Source: Eledone cirrhosa
Taxonomy: Eukaryota
Assembly: GCA_964016885.1 (NCBI GenBank)
Contig: OZ024744.1
Location: 34,844,001-34,908,000 of the forward strand
Reading direction: 5' to 3'
DNA: 64,000 bases
Shown here: positions 12,931 through 27,787 of the stretch, in pieces
How the letters are laid out: each line of letters opens with the position of its first letter
How positions within the stretch are numbered: the stretch's first letter is position 1
Translations under genes and position numbers: made by a program
The notes under the pieces: generated by a model
What the model was told of the DNA's origin: nothing
The model's database searches: none
What the model saw: only the letters and a program-made list of their open reading frames with translations

Positions 12931-15719
12931 ACCTCATGCCAAGTTTTCCTACTCTATAACTTTCTTCAACTTTGAGCTCTCTGCACATTTCTATACATCC
13001 ATCATCCTTTTATATGCATCACATGTCCATACCAACACAATCTCCTCTCTTGTACACTGCAACTGATACCTCTTCTCTTAATTTTTATTTATTTTCTATT
13101 ATAGTTTCAATTACATGCGCTTATGCTTGTTTAATGTGCGTGTATTTACACATTTGCTGCTGTATGTGTGTATAGCTTCATATTATGTTTGTTTAATGTG
13201 AACTCAAAGAACAAACACCAGAAAGCATTTAATCCAATACTTTAACAATTCTCCACCTACACTTAATTTTTTTTCCCAATTCTAGCAACTCAAGATTAAC
13301 TTATGTTTCTCTTGATTCCATGAAGTATTTAGCAATTGAGAGTGAAATACTTCCCCCTTAGACAGTATGTCTCTCCCCAACAAGTTTTACCCCCAGCTGT
13401 TACCGGTACTCATTTTCAACTGAGTGCACTGGAGCAATATGAAATGATGTGCCTTGCTTAATACCACAAAATATGACCCAGTCATGAGATCAAACTCAAC
13501 ATCCTAGCCACTAGTACAAGTGTTTTCACTATGCATATGATATGGGATACTAGAATTTAACTGTTGTGAACATTCACTCTATACTTAACAGTACCCCAAA
13601 AGAAAAAAAAAGCAAACTCTTCTACCAGATAGAAATCTAAGGAAAAAAGAAAAATGACATTATATGAGTGTATCATAAATAGTAGAGTAATTTATCAGTT
13701 AAGGTGAAATATGTGGTAAATTATTAGATAATTTTCAATGACCTGTTGTTAAATAAGAGAAAATTAGGAAAATAAGACAAATTATTCAATTTGTTTCATG
13801 GGATTTGAGTTAAACAAGGAAAAATGAATTATTCAATTTCTTTCATTGAATAGAGGTTAAATAAGAGAAAATTATGGAAATAGGGCAAATTTTTCAATTT
13901 CTTTCAGTGAACAGAAAATAAGACAAATTATTTAATTGCTTTCAATGGTTGGAAGTTTAAATAAGATAAAATGAGGAAATACGAAAATAAGAGGAAATGA
14001 GGTTATTCATGACTATAATCGTAAATTGGGGAATCTCAGCATCAGGATGCTTGTTTGGCAAGATCGGCAAATTTTTTATGGTAAAAAAATAGATATTTAG
14101 TTTTTATTTTATAAAATTCATCATTATTATGTGCTATACTCTTGATAAAGCATCTACATACTTCAACTTTACTAGAATGAAAAGTGGTTGTCTTTAAGAA
14201 AAGGTATACTATTTGAGAGAGAAAGTGAGAGATGAATCAATTCCTGTATTTGACTGGTACAATATTTTATCAACCCTGAAAGAATAAAAGGCAATATTCA
14301 CCTCGGCAGGATTTGAACACATAAGGTGAGGAGCCAGAAAGAATATAACATTTATCCAATGCTGTAACAATTCTACTAATCAACCACCCAATATTCAAGT
14401 ACAAATTACAAAGAGTTTAAAACATTTGGGGCCTTTGTTTCATCTGAACTAGCCTTTTGATCTCACAAATTTTTAAAATAATACAAATTATTCAATTTTT
14501 TTTCTAATGGACAAAACTTAAATGAATAATTTCTTTCAACAATTGGAAAATGATGTGATGTATTTTTGTGGATTTGTTGTGGTGTCAATACACTGTGACC
14601 TAGTTTAATGCTACCTCCAAGTCCATCGATGCATTTATCAGAGTCTGTTCTGTTGCAAAAGTTAAGACCGGGGCTTCTGGCAGGGATATATTATTATTGC
14701 AGTCTCATAGCAACAACATCATTTGCATTTACCCAAAAGTTTTATTAAAAGAATCACACTGAACTTTGTAGAAGATGTTAGCATTTGATGGGAGCTAAAA
14801 TGTTAGATGGTTCTGAAGAGAAATGCCAGTGTTTGTGATATAGCCTATGTTATGTTAAAGATTTGGCTTTACCAGGAGAGATCATCTGTGATTGTGAGAC
14901 CTTACATTTGAAGTGATCACAAAAGGGCTCTAGTTGTGATAATGTTTTCTCATGTAAACAGTTCGACATACATGTGTCATATTTTAAATATCCCTGACAG
15001 CACATATGCTTCACCCCTGATTCATTTAAAACTACTAGATGAATGTCTAAAACCAACCTCTTAGGTATCACCTCAAAATACAACCTAAACCCAGAGTTTA
15101 AAATTGCTCAAGTTGTTCACAATTAACTGCACCTCAGCAGTTCAGGTAAAAACAAAAAAAAACATGGTCTACAACACTTGGAAAATATTATCAGCTCTTA
15201 TAAACTGAATTGTTACCCAACACCTCAACTTTTGTAAAACCATCAACCAAATGCAAGATATGCCTGTGTGACTTGCCATCACTAATGATGTACTGCAGTT
15301 AAAACATTTCAGAATTACCTTGAGTACTGCAACAAATGTCAATAAAAACAAAGTTCAACCAATGTTGACACCTTTCATGCAACAAATTTTATTTTCAACT
15401 CATCTCTTTCACTGAGCTAGATTGCTGGATCAAATGCAAACCAGTGTTGGGTGTCTTGTCTGGCATCTAGGGTGCCTGGCAACACTCTAGATACCACTTT
15501 CACAGATGAACAACATAATCAGTAACTGGGAAATAACACTTGCTTTCTATAGAGGATTAGTGGAAGGTATGAATGATAATGACCTGGGAGCATCAACAAG
15601 GCAAATCCTCCACCCTAATGGGATCCAATCCATAACACATTCTGACAGCCGGGAGTTTGTGAGTATTCCCACTCCCACTTTTGCAGTCATTTCTGGCACC
15701 ACACCTCAATAGTGGAGTT

Positions 15720-15880
15720 TCCATCTTCCATCTAAATCTAAAACATCAAAGTCACGGAACTTTGTGGTGAGACACCGACTATATCTAGCAAGTAGCATCT
15801 AGCCTCCTCCACTAGTTCCTGCTCCTTACCTGTAAGGGTTGTGATGTTCCAGGTTCTAATTGTCAAGGTTTGCTCCTTTC
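15720..15880 (-). mobile_element. RTE-like AP-endonuclease N-terminal fragment
   Basis: TIRTWNITTLTGKEQELVEEA..LDIVGVS motif. Confidence 0.6.
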
Positions 15881-17114
15881 CGGGCCCTCTTTGGAGTTCC
15901 GGGATATGCGATCTTTGTGTGTCCATCCCATGCCTCCCAGAATAGGTCACAGGCATATCGCCAGTTTTTGTGGCACAAAATGGAGATTGCAATATATTTT
16001 TTAATAAGCCCCTCTACATAAAGCTTGAACGTATCTCTTGTTAACCTGTGCAAAGACAATGCTGTATGGTTCTTTTTTGTTTTCCTCATCACATTGTAGT
16101 TTCAGTTTCAGTTGTCTTATTTGCAACAGTCACCAATCTGGTACTTTGTCAAACCTGCAAAGACTAGGTTTTTTTAGAGGTTGCCTTTACTTGCTTCATC
16201 ATAGCTATGTCACTGGGTTGTGGGATTTTTATTTCAGAGCTACCATTGCTCCATCTCCCCTAGTAGTTTACGGCTTTTGGTCTGGGGTTGCTTATTCGTT
16301 GCCTACTTATATCACAACTAGCCATCATATCTGGTAGCCATATTGCTATCTACCACCTGCAACTGGTTCTCTAGCAAAACAGCTTTACGAGAATGGGTAT
16401 ATAGTGAAAATTAACTCACCGCCTTCTTTTACAAAGAAGGTACAACATGTCTTCATCTACCTGGTAGCTATTGTGAAGGAAGTTATATGGTGGACTCACC
16501 TGAAAGGATTGAGAACAGGAATCTTCCTCTATGGCCAAGACCTCATCAACTTCTTTTTCAAAATTGCAGCCATTTGATGTAAAATGTCTGGCAAGTTCTG
16601 TCGGACTACTATCATACACAATAACAGTAGTTCGACAGAACTTGCCAAATATTTTGCCTCACTTTTGAAAAAGACTTGAACGTGCATATTCTCAGAAAAT
16701 ATTCTGAATCTGCTACACTTTCGGTACTCAAAATACATGAGGGAGGGATATGTTTGCGGGTTATTAACATCACACCCTGGAGGAATGAACAAAATGACAG
16801 GAGAATTTCATCATATTTACACAAACCTGTTTGATTAAATATTCTTTTTATTTTTATTTTTCTGTTTTCTTGCCATCTCTTTTTTTTCCTCATGGGGACG
16901 CAGGTTGACCTCGTTCATATTTTGGATTTGAATTTCTATAATTTTGAATTTTTATCACTTTTCATTTTGAACTCGACAAAGACAGACTAGCTGTCAAAAT
17001 ATCGTTCAACCAATCTATTGCAATCGCATTGTGTTCTTCATATTGTCTATTTACCTTTGTGAAGAAGAGTTACACCAATCCTTTTAAAATATTATTATTA
17101 TTATTATTGTTATT

Positions 17115-18602
17115 GTTATTGCTTGAATCTCAGTCATTGATGTTGGTTAACTGGAAAGTCCGTTGGATTGAATATCAAGCCACTACCTGCAGCTTCAGAT
17201 ATTCAGGACGTATCGGAGGGTTCTTGCCGTTCCAAGCAAGCATGCCTTTTGAAGCGTTCCAAAAAGCGTGAAGGGGCCGATTTTCTTTAACCATCCCTGG
17301 AAACCTTTGGAGATAGTCCCCAGTGCGCCTATGACAATCGGGATCACTTTGACTTCATGGCAGTTCCAAATCCTTTTCACCTCCCACTTTAGGTCCTGGT
17401 ATCGGTTAATTTTCTCCCTCTCCTTCTCTTGCACTCTCGTGTCGAACGGGCAGGCCACATCCACAATCAGGCACGATCTTTTTTCTTTGTCCACAACCAC
17501 CAGGTCAGGTCTATTGTGTTCCAGTTTTTTGTCCGTCTGTATCCTAAAATCCCACAGCACCTTCACCTGACTGTTCTCCATCACCGCCTCTGGCCTATGC
17601 TCATACCATTTCTCAGAATGTGGTAGATTGTTTACTTTGCACAGGTGCCAGTAGATCACCCTGCCCATCACATCGTGTCTCCAGCCCTTATAGTGGGTCT
17701 GGGCTAGGTGTTTACACTCGGACACAATGTGAGCCACAGTCTCCTCTCTCCACAGATCCTGCACAGTAGGCTAGCCTCCTCCCTGTAGATATGGTGCTTC
17801 AACCACTTCGTTTTGAGGGCCTGCTCCTGCGCAGCCATTAGCATTCCTTCTGTAGCCTTTTTGAGGTCTCCTCTTCTCAACCAGTTCCATGTCTGTGGAT
17901 CTCTAAATTCAGTTTTCTCAAAGAAGGTACTATGAAGGGATTTTCCCTTAAGGCTGCTCTTCCTCCTTGATGTTATTTCCTCCTTGGATATCCCCTGGCC
18001 TACTGTCCCCTCCTTCAGTACAGCTCTGAGCATTGGCTCCTTACTATAGGTCACGTATTTGTATAGGTTGTTTTTCTCCATCTGAACACAGTCCTCTATG
18101 CTGATAAGACCTCTTCCACCCTCAGATCTCCTTAGGTAGAGTCTATCGACATCACTCCTCTTGTGGAACATGTTGTAGATAGTCAATAGCTTCCTAGTCT
18201 TCCTATCCATTTCTTTTTGTTCAGCAACATTCCATCTCAGAATTCCCGCACTGTACCTAATAATAGACACAGCTCGGGAATTTACTGCGCTTATGGCATT
18301 TCTGCTGTTCAGATGTGACTTCAATACGCTCCTTATTCTCCGAATGTATTCAGTTCTTAACAATTCCTTCATTTTTTTGTTCTTTATGCCATCAGCCTCC
18401 AGAACGCCCAAATACTTGTATCCTTCCTCAGAGTCAATTTCCTTTATCATCTCACCTGTTGGTATCTGGATCCCGTTACTTCTGCTCAACCTACCCCTCC
18501 TCATCACAATGACTCCACATTTACCAATACCAAACTGCATACATATATCACTGCTGAAAATACGGACAGTGTCAACAAGCACATCCAACTCCTTCTCACT
18601 TT
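17115..18602 (-). mobile_element. 5'-truncated R4/Dong-clade non-LTR retrotransposon (RT C-terminus, zinc knuckle, restriction-like endonuclease)
   Basis: YKYLGVLE, GGRGLISIED, EGMLMAAQEQAL, CRIC..ETVAHIVSEC, RHD, WYEH, HNRPD..DVACP..EK..YQDL, IPIVIGALG. One frameshift near 17750; (TTA)n on both sides. Confidence 0.88.
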
Positions 18603-18604
18603 TA

Positions 18605-18669
<65 letters not shown>

Positions 18670-18670
18670 C

Positions 18671-18859
18671 AGGCGGTGAATTGGCAGTATCGGTAGAGGG
18701 TCGGACGCCATGCTTTGACGCATAGAGTTACGTCCCTTGCCATTCTGAGTTCAAATCCCGTCGAGGTTAACTTAGCCTTTCATCCTAACGGTTGTCGATA
18801 AAATAAAGTACCAGTAATACACTTGAATAATTGCTGGCCTTGTGCCTCTTGTAGAAACA

Positions 18860-18862
<3 letters not shown>
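18671..18862 (+). mobile_element. full-length SINE family A
   Basis: A and B boxes, body, and (TTA)n tail running into the exon acceptor. Confidence 0.88.
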
Positions 18863-18946
<84 letters not shown>

Positions 18947-18950
18947 TCAG

Positions 18951-19146
18951 GCTTGGAGCTAGTTATGGAACTCTGTTCTGGTCGTTGTTTAGCTTAACTC
19001 AGCTAAAAGATATCAAGATTGAAGATGGACCGAAATTCACAGAATTAATGGGCGAAATTTTGTTCATGGCATATCATGCAATGGCTATCATTGTCTTAAT
19101 CAACATGCTAATTGCCATGATGTCTAATTCATATCAAGAAATTGAG
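18951..19146 (+). CDS. TRPC: TRPC exon, pore helix and S6
   Basis: TTTCAG acceptor and GTAAGT donor. Phase 2 matches the previous exon (AC+G = Thr). Encodes TLFWSLF (LFW pore motif) and AIIVLINMLIAMMSNSYQEIE. Confidence 0.95.
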
Positions 19147-19907
19147 GTAAGTGTGACATTGTTGGTGGTAGTACTGTTGATGTCATTTCATCATCATCAT
19201 TATCATCATTGTTGTAATCATTGTTGTCATTGCCATCATTGTTGATGTCATCACCATCATCATCATCATCATTCTCATCATAATAATGATAATTCTTATC
19301 ACCATTGTCATCATCATCATCTTCATCATTATCAACATCCTCATCATAATGATCATAATTCTCATCACCATTGTCATCATCATCATCTTCACCATCATTA
19401 TTATCAACAAAAGATTGCAGTGTGTGTGCGTGCGCGTGGACTTGTATATCTAATAATGGTATTTTGGGGGGAGATGTAGCCACGGATGCTGCTGTTAATG
19501 AAGATGATGTCAATGATGCTGAGAATCATGATCATTATGATGAGGAAGTTGATAATAATTGTTTCTACTTTTGGGCACAAGGCCAGCAATTATCCCAGTG
19601 TATTACTGGTACTTTATTTTATCGACCATGCCAAAAATGGTAAGTATATATGAGACATGTTTCTCCAACCCATCTAATCTCAAACAGTAATGATCTATTC
19701 AACCCATGCCAATATGAAATGTGGAGGAAAAATCATGATGATGATAATATATTGGATAGATATACATATACCTTATATAAAACATTGTTTTGCTTGTTTT
19801 TACACCTATGGTTCTATTTTTGGACTTTGGAAGTTTCCTTTATAATTCTATATTCAAAATATACATATATATGTATGTAAATAAATATATATATATATAT
19901 ATATATA

Positions 19908-20235
19908 TCATCATTATTTTACTCCGCTTTTCCCTGCTTGCAAGGGTGGGACGAGAACTGATTCTGGCTTGATTTCTACAGCTGGATGCCCATCCTAACA
20001 CCAACCTCATTTACAGTGAGTGCTGGGTGCTTATTTTTCCATGGCGCCTACACGACCACTTTACAGTGGAATGATAGGGTCCCCAGTCGCTATCATCTCA
20101 TTTCTACAGCTGAGTAAACTGGAGCAATGTGAAATAAAGTGTCTTGCTCAAGGAAACAACACATCACCCAGTCTGAGAACTCACAACCTTTTGACTGCAA
20201 GGCCAATGCTCTAACCACTAAGCCATATGCCTCCA
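19908..20235 (-). mobile_element. SINE family B (tRNA head, CORE-like segment, RTE-like tail)
   Basis: Reverse of ggaggcatatggcttagtggttagagc..ccttgagcaagacactt..cccacccttgcaagcagggaaaagcgg. Confidence 0.85.
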
Positions 20236-20397
20236 TATATATATATATGTATGTATATATATATATATATGTATGTATATATATATATATATATAAATAT
20301 AAATTAGCGAGAATCGTTTTCAGCTCAGGAATTAACGAAAATCAACGTCCGATATGTGTGGCAAGCGCTCGATGAATCATATGAATCAGAGCTACAA

Positions 20398-20447
<50 letters not shown>

Positions 20448-20448
<1 letters not shown>

Positions 20449-21070
20449 GAAAACAGGGAGAAAGAGAAGATTATTAGGAAGAAACATTTTTTTTTTTTTC
20501 ATTTTTTGTTTCTCTCTCTTTTTTCTGGGTTAGAAAATGATTAAAACGAAATGTTTTACTTTGTGTGAAGTGTTAAGGTATTAGTTGATTAATTTATTAT
20601 TTAACAATGGCATTTATTTATCTATTTATATATTTAATTATTGTCTATTACCGGTTTCAGCATTTTTATGCATTATCAAATGATAGTGAAATGTATTAGT
20701 GTGGTGTCGCACATGTTAAACAGAAGGTGCAGAAAGAATAATGTTATTTACAAACAAGGTTTATGAAGTGAAAAGAAAAAAGAAAAGAACGTGCATAATG
20801 TAGAGCATGAAAAGTCAATGTGAAAGAAAAAATAATGTTATTTACAGGCATAGTCATTGAAGTTAAGCAGATCAAAATGTATTAATATAGCAAGAGTGCT
20901 TAGTTGATCCATGATTCCATGAAGGAGGCAAATAAATAAATGCAATTGTTAAATAATAAATAAATCAACTAATTAATACCTTAACACTTCTAACGCAGAA
21001 AAAAGAGAGAGAGAAACAAAAGAGGAAAAAAAAAAATTTTTCTTCCTAATAATCGTCTCTTTCTCCCTGT

Positions 21071-21076
<6 letters not shown>
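20448..21076. repeat. fold-back insert with about 150-bp inverted arms in (TA)n
   Basis: atgaaaacagggagaaagag..gcatttatt (20448-20620) is inverted at about 20930-21076. Confidence 0.85.
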
Positions 21077-21120
<44 letters not shown>

Positions 21121-21210
21121 TAACTCGTGTGCTTCCGCTCCACATTTTATTATTATATATATATGTATATATATGTGTATATATTTATATATTTATAATA
21201 TATATATATG

Positions 21211-21329
<119 letters not shown>

Positions 21330-21360
21330 AAGTATATATATATAGATATATATATGTGCA

Positions 21361-21427
<67 letters not shown>

Positions 21428-21429
21428 AT

Positions 21430-21945
21430 ATATATAAAAGCAAGTCGGTCTGTGTGTCTGTGTGTCTGTCTGTCATGTGTACAAATACTAGGCTCCTTTT
21501 AACTTTTGAAGTACTAGGCCGATTTGGCACGTGCTATTGAGGCGACCTCTCATTGGCTAGCCAATTAGCTGACATAAGCTGACATGCACTCAGAAATTAC
21601 TAGCTAAGCCATAAACGACCTTGAACAATTCGCCCGATTGAAGGTCGCGATTTCTAATTGGACTAGGCAACTAACATTAGTCAACATGACTGAACATATC
21701 CCGTGCATATTCCTGTGAGAAATACGTTTGATAGCACAACGTTACTCACGTCAATTAACTCAAGCTACCCTATAAATTGTTTTTATGATGCCGTTTATTT
21801 CACTCAATCATGTCACTGTACACCTTGCTTGTTAAACTTTTATTTACAATTACATTTCAATTCTTTGCTCAACCTTTGGCTCTCTTTATACCGACAAACA
21901 GGCTGTCATTAATTTCCCGAGCAACGCCGGGTACATCTGCTAATA
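21430..21945 (+). mobile_element. non-autonomous Helitron-like element
   Basis: Starts tatataaaagcaagtcggtctgtgtgtctg and ends with hairpin cccgagcaacgccggg plus tctgctaat. The same end with canonical CTAG occurs at 7085-7112. Confidence 0.6.
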
Positions 21946-21997
21946 TATACTTGTATTTATAAACATATGTGTATATATATGTATATATATGTATATG

Positions 21998-22114
<117 letters not shown>

Positions 22115-22117
22115 GTA

Positions 22118-22228
<111 letters not shown>

Positions 22229-22231
22229 GTA

Positions 22232-22334
<103 letters not shown>

Positions 22335-22468
22335 ATGTAGGAGGTGAGTTTTATTGTAGTACAATAAAGCAATGCAGATATCGGATAAGAAGCATGTTGA
22401 TAAGAAGCATGTTGATTTAAAACTGAACTATCCACAAGTGTTTTTTAACCTTCATATCATGTCTTCCT

Positions 22469-22537
22469 GTTTTATCTGATGAAAACACAAATATTATTGC
22501 ATGATGATATTTGTTTTTGAAATGCGCATAATAAAAT
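22469..22537 (+). ncRNA. type I hammerhead ribozyme motif (Penelope-type, palindromic stem III)
   Basis: gttttat-CTGATGA-long stem II (acaaatatta/tgatatttgt)-GAAA-tgcgc-ATA-ataaaat. Confidence 0.75.
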
Positions 22538-22575
22538 ACATGGAACTCTTTTAACCATCTTTTGTTCTTATATAC

Positions 22576-22680
<105 letters not shown>

Positions 22681-22714
22681 AGTGTAATTTTCTACACAAA
22701 ACGAAGGTTATAGA

Positions 22715-23032
<318 letters not shown>

Positions 23033-23524
23033 ATACAAATATATATATATATATGTATACTGCTAAGTGGTCGTGGAGGTGCCACGGCAAGAAAGCACCC
23101 AGCACTCACTGTAAATGAGGTTGGTGTTAGGAAGGGCATCCAGCTGTAGAAATCAAGCCAGAATCAGTTCCCGTCCCACCCTTGCAAGCAGAGAAAAAGC
23201 GGACGTAAAATGAAATTGTGATGATATATATATATATGTATATATATACATATATGTATATATGTATATCTATATATATATATATATGTATATATATACA
23301 TATATGTATATATGTATATCTATATATATGTGTATATATATATATATGTATATATACATATATGTATATATATACATATTTGTATATATATATACATATA
23401 TGTATATATATACATATTTGTATATATATATATACATATATGTATATATATATATATAAATGAAGTAATTCCATCGGAAAAGTCCAGGAAAAAAGAGTGC
23501 TCTATGTATGCAACAGAGCTTAAT

Positions 23525-23890
23525 TATTATTATTATGTAATAAACAACATAAGGCAATTATTCCATTTACCAGTGGTTTCTTAAAAGCAAAAGGTTTTGC
23601 TTTCAATCCTCAGAATGAAAAATCCTGGTTTGTTTATTGAATATGGATTCTAAAAACAAAAATGCAATCTATATGAAAGTGAGGCTGGAAAAGGGAAAAG
23701 GAAAGGAAAAATAAAATAAAACTACACATGCAAACACACACAAAAAAACACAAAAGCATACTTACACACACACACATATATACATATACATAAATGTACG
23801 CATACACATATACATATACACATATATATATATATATAAAGAGCGTACACCTACACACACATACACATATATACACATACATACATTCAT

Positions 23891-23964
<74 letters not shown>

Positions 23965-24315
23965 ATATATATATACACACATACATACATTCACACAAAC
24001 ATACAACGTACATACATACACATACATGAATGCACTCCACTACATATTCACACACGCAAATAAATATAAGAAAAAAATATATAAATATATATTAACAAAT
24101 TTTTGACAGCGATACATGCCCCAGCTAACAGGACAGACACGCGTGGTAAGTAATACACACATAAGCACATATACATACGTTCGAAATAGTAAACACATAC
24201 ACACACTCTCACACATAAATATACATATACAAATACATAAACACGTACATACACATACATACACAAACACGTACACGTATATAATATAAACACACACATG
24301 TATATGTAATTATAT

Positions 24316-24368
<53 letters not shown>

Positions 24369-24638
24369 TATATATATATATATACATACAAAAATATAAA
24401 AATATAAACGCACACACACATATAAATACGTAAACACACATATACATACATAGCTAAACAATTATACACATGCAAATACGTATATATCAAAAGAACGCAC
24501 AACCAAATACAAACACACACACATACACACACACACACACACACACCCACACATACATAAAAATAAATAAATACACACGCACACATATACATACATACAC
24601 ATACATATACATACACATACATATATACATATATACAT

Positions 24639-24671
<33 letters not shown>

Positions 24672-25224
24672 CATACATATATATATATACATATATATAT
24701 ATACACACACATACACGCATACATACACACATGCATACACATACACACACACACATATACATGTGTGTATGTGTAAAGCTCAGTATTAATAAGACAAATG
24801 AACCTTACATAAGGTGTGTGTGTGTGTATATGTGTGTGTGTATGTGTGTGTGTGTGTATGTATGAATGTATGTATGTGTATATATGTGTATGTGTGTGTA
24901 GGTGTACGCTCTTTATATATATATATATATGTGTGTATATGTATATGTGTATGCGTACATTTATGTATATGTATATATGTGTGTGTGTGTGTAAGTATGC
25001 TTTTGTGTTTTTTTGTGTGTGTTTGCATGTGTAGTTTTATTTTATTTTTCCTTTCCTTTTCCCTTTTCCAGCCTCACTTTCATATAGATTGCATTTTTGT
25101 TTTTAGAATCCATATTCAATAAACAAACCAGGATTTTTCATTCTGAGGATTGAAAGCAAAACCTTTTGCTTTTAAGAAACCACTGGTAAATGGAATAATT
25201 GCCTTATGTTGTTTATTACATAAT

Positions 25225-25230
<6 letters not shown>
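23525..25230. repeat. fold-back insert with about 380-bp inverted arms and a CA/TA-rich interior
   Basis: attatgtaataaacaacataaggcaattattcc..gagcgtacacc is inverted at about 24830-25228. Confidence 0.85.
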
Positions 25231-25277
<47 letters not shown>

Positions 25278-25404
25278 TATATATATATATATGCATATAT
25301 ATATATACGTATATATATATATATATATATATATATGCATATATATATATATTCATATATATATATACGTATATATATATATATTATATATATATATATA
25401 TATT

Positions 25405-25600
25405 TATTATAATAACAGATTAAAGTTTAAACAAAGAGTCGCTGCTTTCACCCTTAACGGGATCACCTGAAACTGAAATCCCGTTATGGGTGAAAGCAGC
25501 GATTCTTTGCTTAAACTTTAATCTGTTATTTTAATAAATATTTGCTCTACGGTTCTTATATATTTGATATATATTTATCCTTATCGAGCCCTCTTTGGAT
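25405..25600. repeat. hairpin-ended fragment of a repeat also seen at about 3188-3285 and 7034-7084
   Basis: Hairpin of about 55-bp arms at 25410-25530; shared ggctcgataaggataaatatatatcaaatatataagaaccgtagag. Confidence 0.7.
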
Positions 25601-25717
25601 TTTAGTCTTCAAATTTATTATTATTACTATATATATATATATATAAATATATATGTAAATATATATATATGTAAATATATATGTACATATATATATATGT
25701 ATATATATATATATATG

Positions 25718-25797
<80 letters not shown>

Positions 25798-25859
25798 ATA
25801 GCGGCGATGAATTAGTTTAGCGAGGTTTTTTATATGAAATCGTGTGTCGAAACAGATAT

Positions 25860-27409
25860 TGTTATACTTGGGGAGGGTCATATTTGCGTAATATTGCCAG
25901 AATTAATAACAGAACACACTCACTGTTTGGTTGGTTTTCGCTTCTCGCTGTCTTTTATATCTGCGATCTAACTTACTCGGTCCTCAATGTTGCCATTGAC
26001 TGACCGACGGTCAAAAATAATACAGATACAATATAGACACAAACACATATATATAGTTTACATAATTTACATAAATCTTTCGTTGCACATCTGCAACATC
26101 GTCAGTGGTGTTATATTCTTTGTTCCTCCTGTTGTGTTGTATGTCTACGCCATTTTTTTATTCAGTCTGTCTATATATTTATTTATTTGCTTGTTTGTTT
26201 ATCTTATTTTATTTAGTCTTCTTTGTGCATGCGTTTGCGTGTGTGTATAGTGTTATGTGTGCTGTGTGACTAGTGTGTATAGTGTTGTGTCTGCTGGGTG
26301 ACTAGTGTGTGTTTATGTGCTTGTTGTTATTGTGCTTGTGTATGTATTTATTTCTCTTATTTTATTTTATTTTATTTTATTTACTTATTTATACTTCTCT
26401 TAGGTCAGTGTTGTTTGTTTGGGTGTTGTTGTTGTTCCACTCATTCATTCTGTTTAGCTTTGGTCTTCTAATTTCAATTTCACTGGCCTCTCTGATTTGC
26501 CTATCTGCTGGGTCATTCCTATGTTTAGATATTATTCTAATTTCTATGTTGTCTATGTTACCGTCATGTTGTTGTCTAGCATGTTCGTATAGTACTGACC
26601 CGTTTTTTCGTCCTTTTAGTTCCCCCCAGTGTTGGTCTATCCTTTCACCTATGCTACGAGCTGTCTCGCCTATGTATGTTGTTGTCATGTTTATGCAAGT
26701 ACCCTCTGTACATCTTATGCTATAGACTACGTTTCTAGTTTTACAGTTTATCCGGGGGTTCACCTTACATATGATACATTTCCTATTGGTACAGTGGGTT
26801 TTCTTAAAAGGGTAGGTTTTGCTGATCAGGGATTTTATGGTGGTTCCTGGCTTTTCTACCACCTTTATTTTTAAGTGGGTCTTTCTCAGGGCCTTTCTAC
26901 ACTGGTTAGCTAATTTCCCTCCAGGGGTGGCGTCCACAAACATGACACTCTGATATCTCTGATATGGTTGTCGTACCATGATGTGGCCTTCCCTATCTTA
27001 TATCTAGCCCTATCTAAGCTATTCCATGATTTGCTCCTGTATAGTGGGCAAATTCCTTTCATGTCCAGTTCTATGAGGGTCTTATACTTTTCCATGGCTC
27101 CTTCGTATAATCTGACTCTGTCTCTTTGGTTGTACAACACAACAGGAGGAACAAAGAATATAACACCACTAACGATGTTACAGATGTGCAACGAAAGATT
27201 TATGTAAATTATGTAAACTATATATATGTGTTTGTGTCTATATTGTATCTGTATTATTTTTGACCGTCGGTCAGTCAATGGCAACGTTGAGGACCGAGTA
27301 AGTTAGATCGCAGATATAAAAGACAGCGAGAAGCGAAAACCAACCAAACGGTGAGTGTGTTCTGTTATTAATTCTGGCAATATTACGCAAATATGACCCT
27401 CCCCAAGTA

Positions 27410-27412
<3 letters not shown>
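25860..27412 (-). mobile_element. Penelope-like element, 5'-truncated, GIY-YIG region with inverted pseudo-LTR
   Basis: ORF 26389-26979 has C..C..C..CKTRNVVYSIRC..C..YIGETARSIGERIDQH..RQIREA..LN. The segment 25860-26142 is inverted at 27133-27412; (TA)n flanks. Confidence 0.9.
26078..26105 (-). ncRNA. hammerhead-like core in the Penelope pseudo-LTR
   Basis: CTGACGA-t-gttgca gatg tgcaac-GAAA on the minus strand; stems I and III not clearly resolved. Confidence 0.5.
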
Positions 27413-27490
<78 letters not shown>

Positions 27491-27514
27491 AGAATATATA
27501 TATATATATATACG

Positions 27515-27623
<109 letters not shown>

Positions 27624-27632
27624 GTATATTTA

Positions 27633-27695
<63 letters not shown>

Positions 27696-27708
27696 GTATA
27701 TTTATATA

Positions 27709-27780
<72 letters not shown>

Positions 27781-27787
<7 letters not shown>

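Noticed and set aside
19124-19513. Asp-rich 129-aa ORF on the minus strand
   Set aside because: It is a degenerate (CAT)n microsatellite just after the exon donor.
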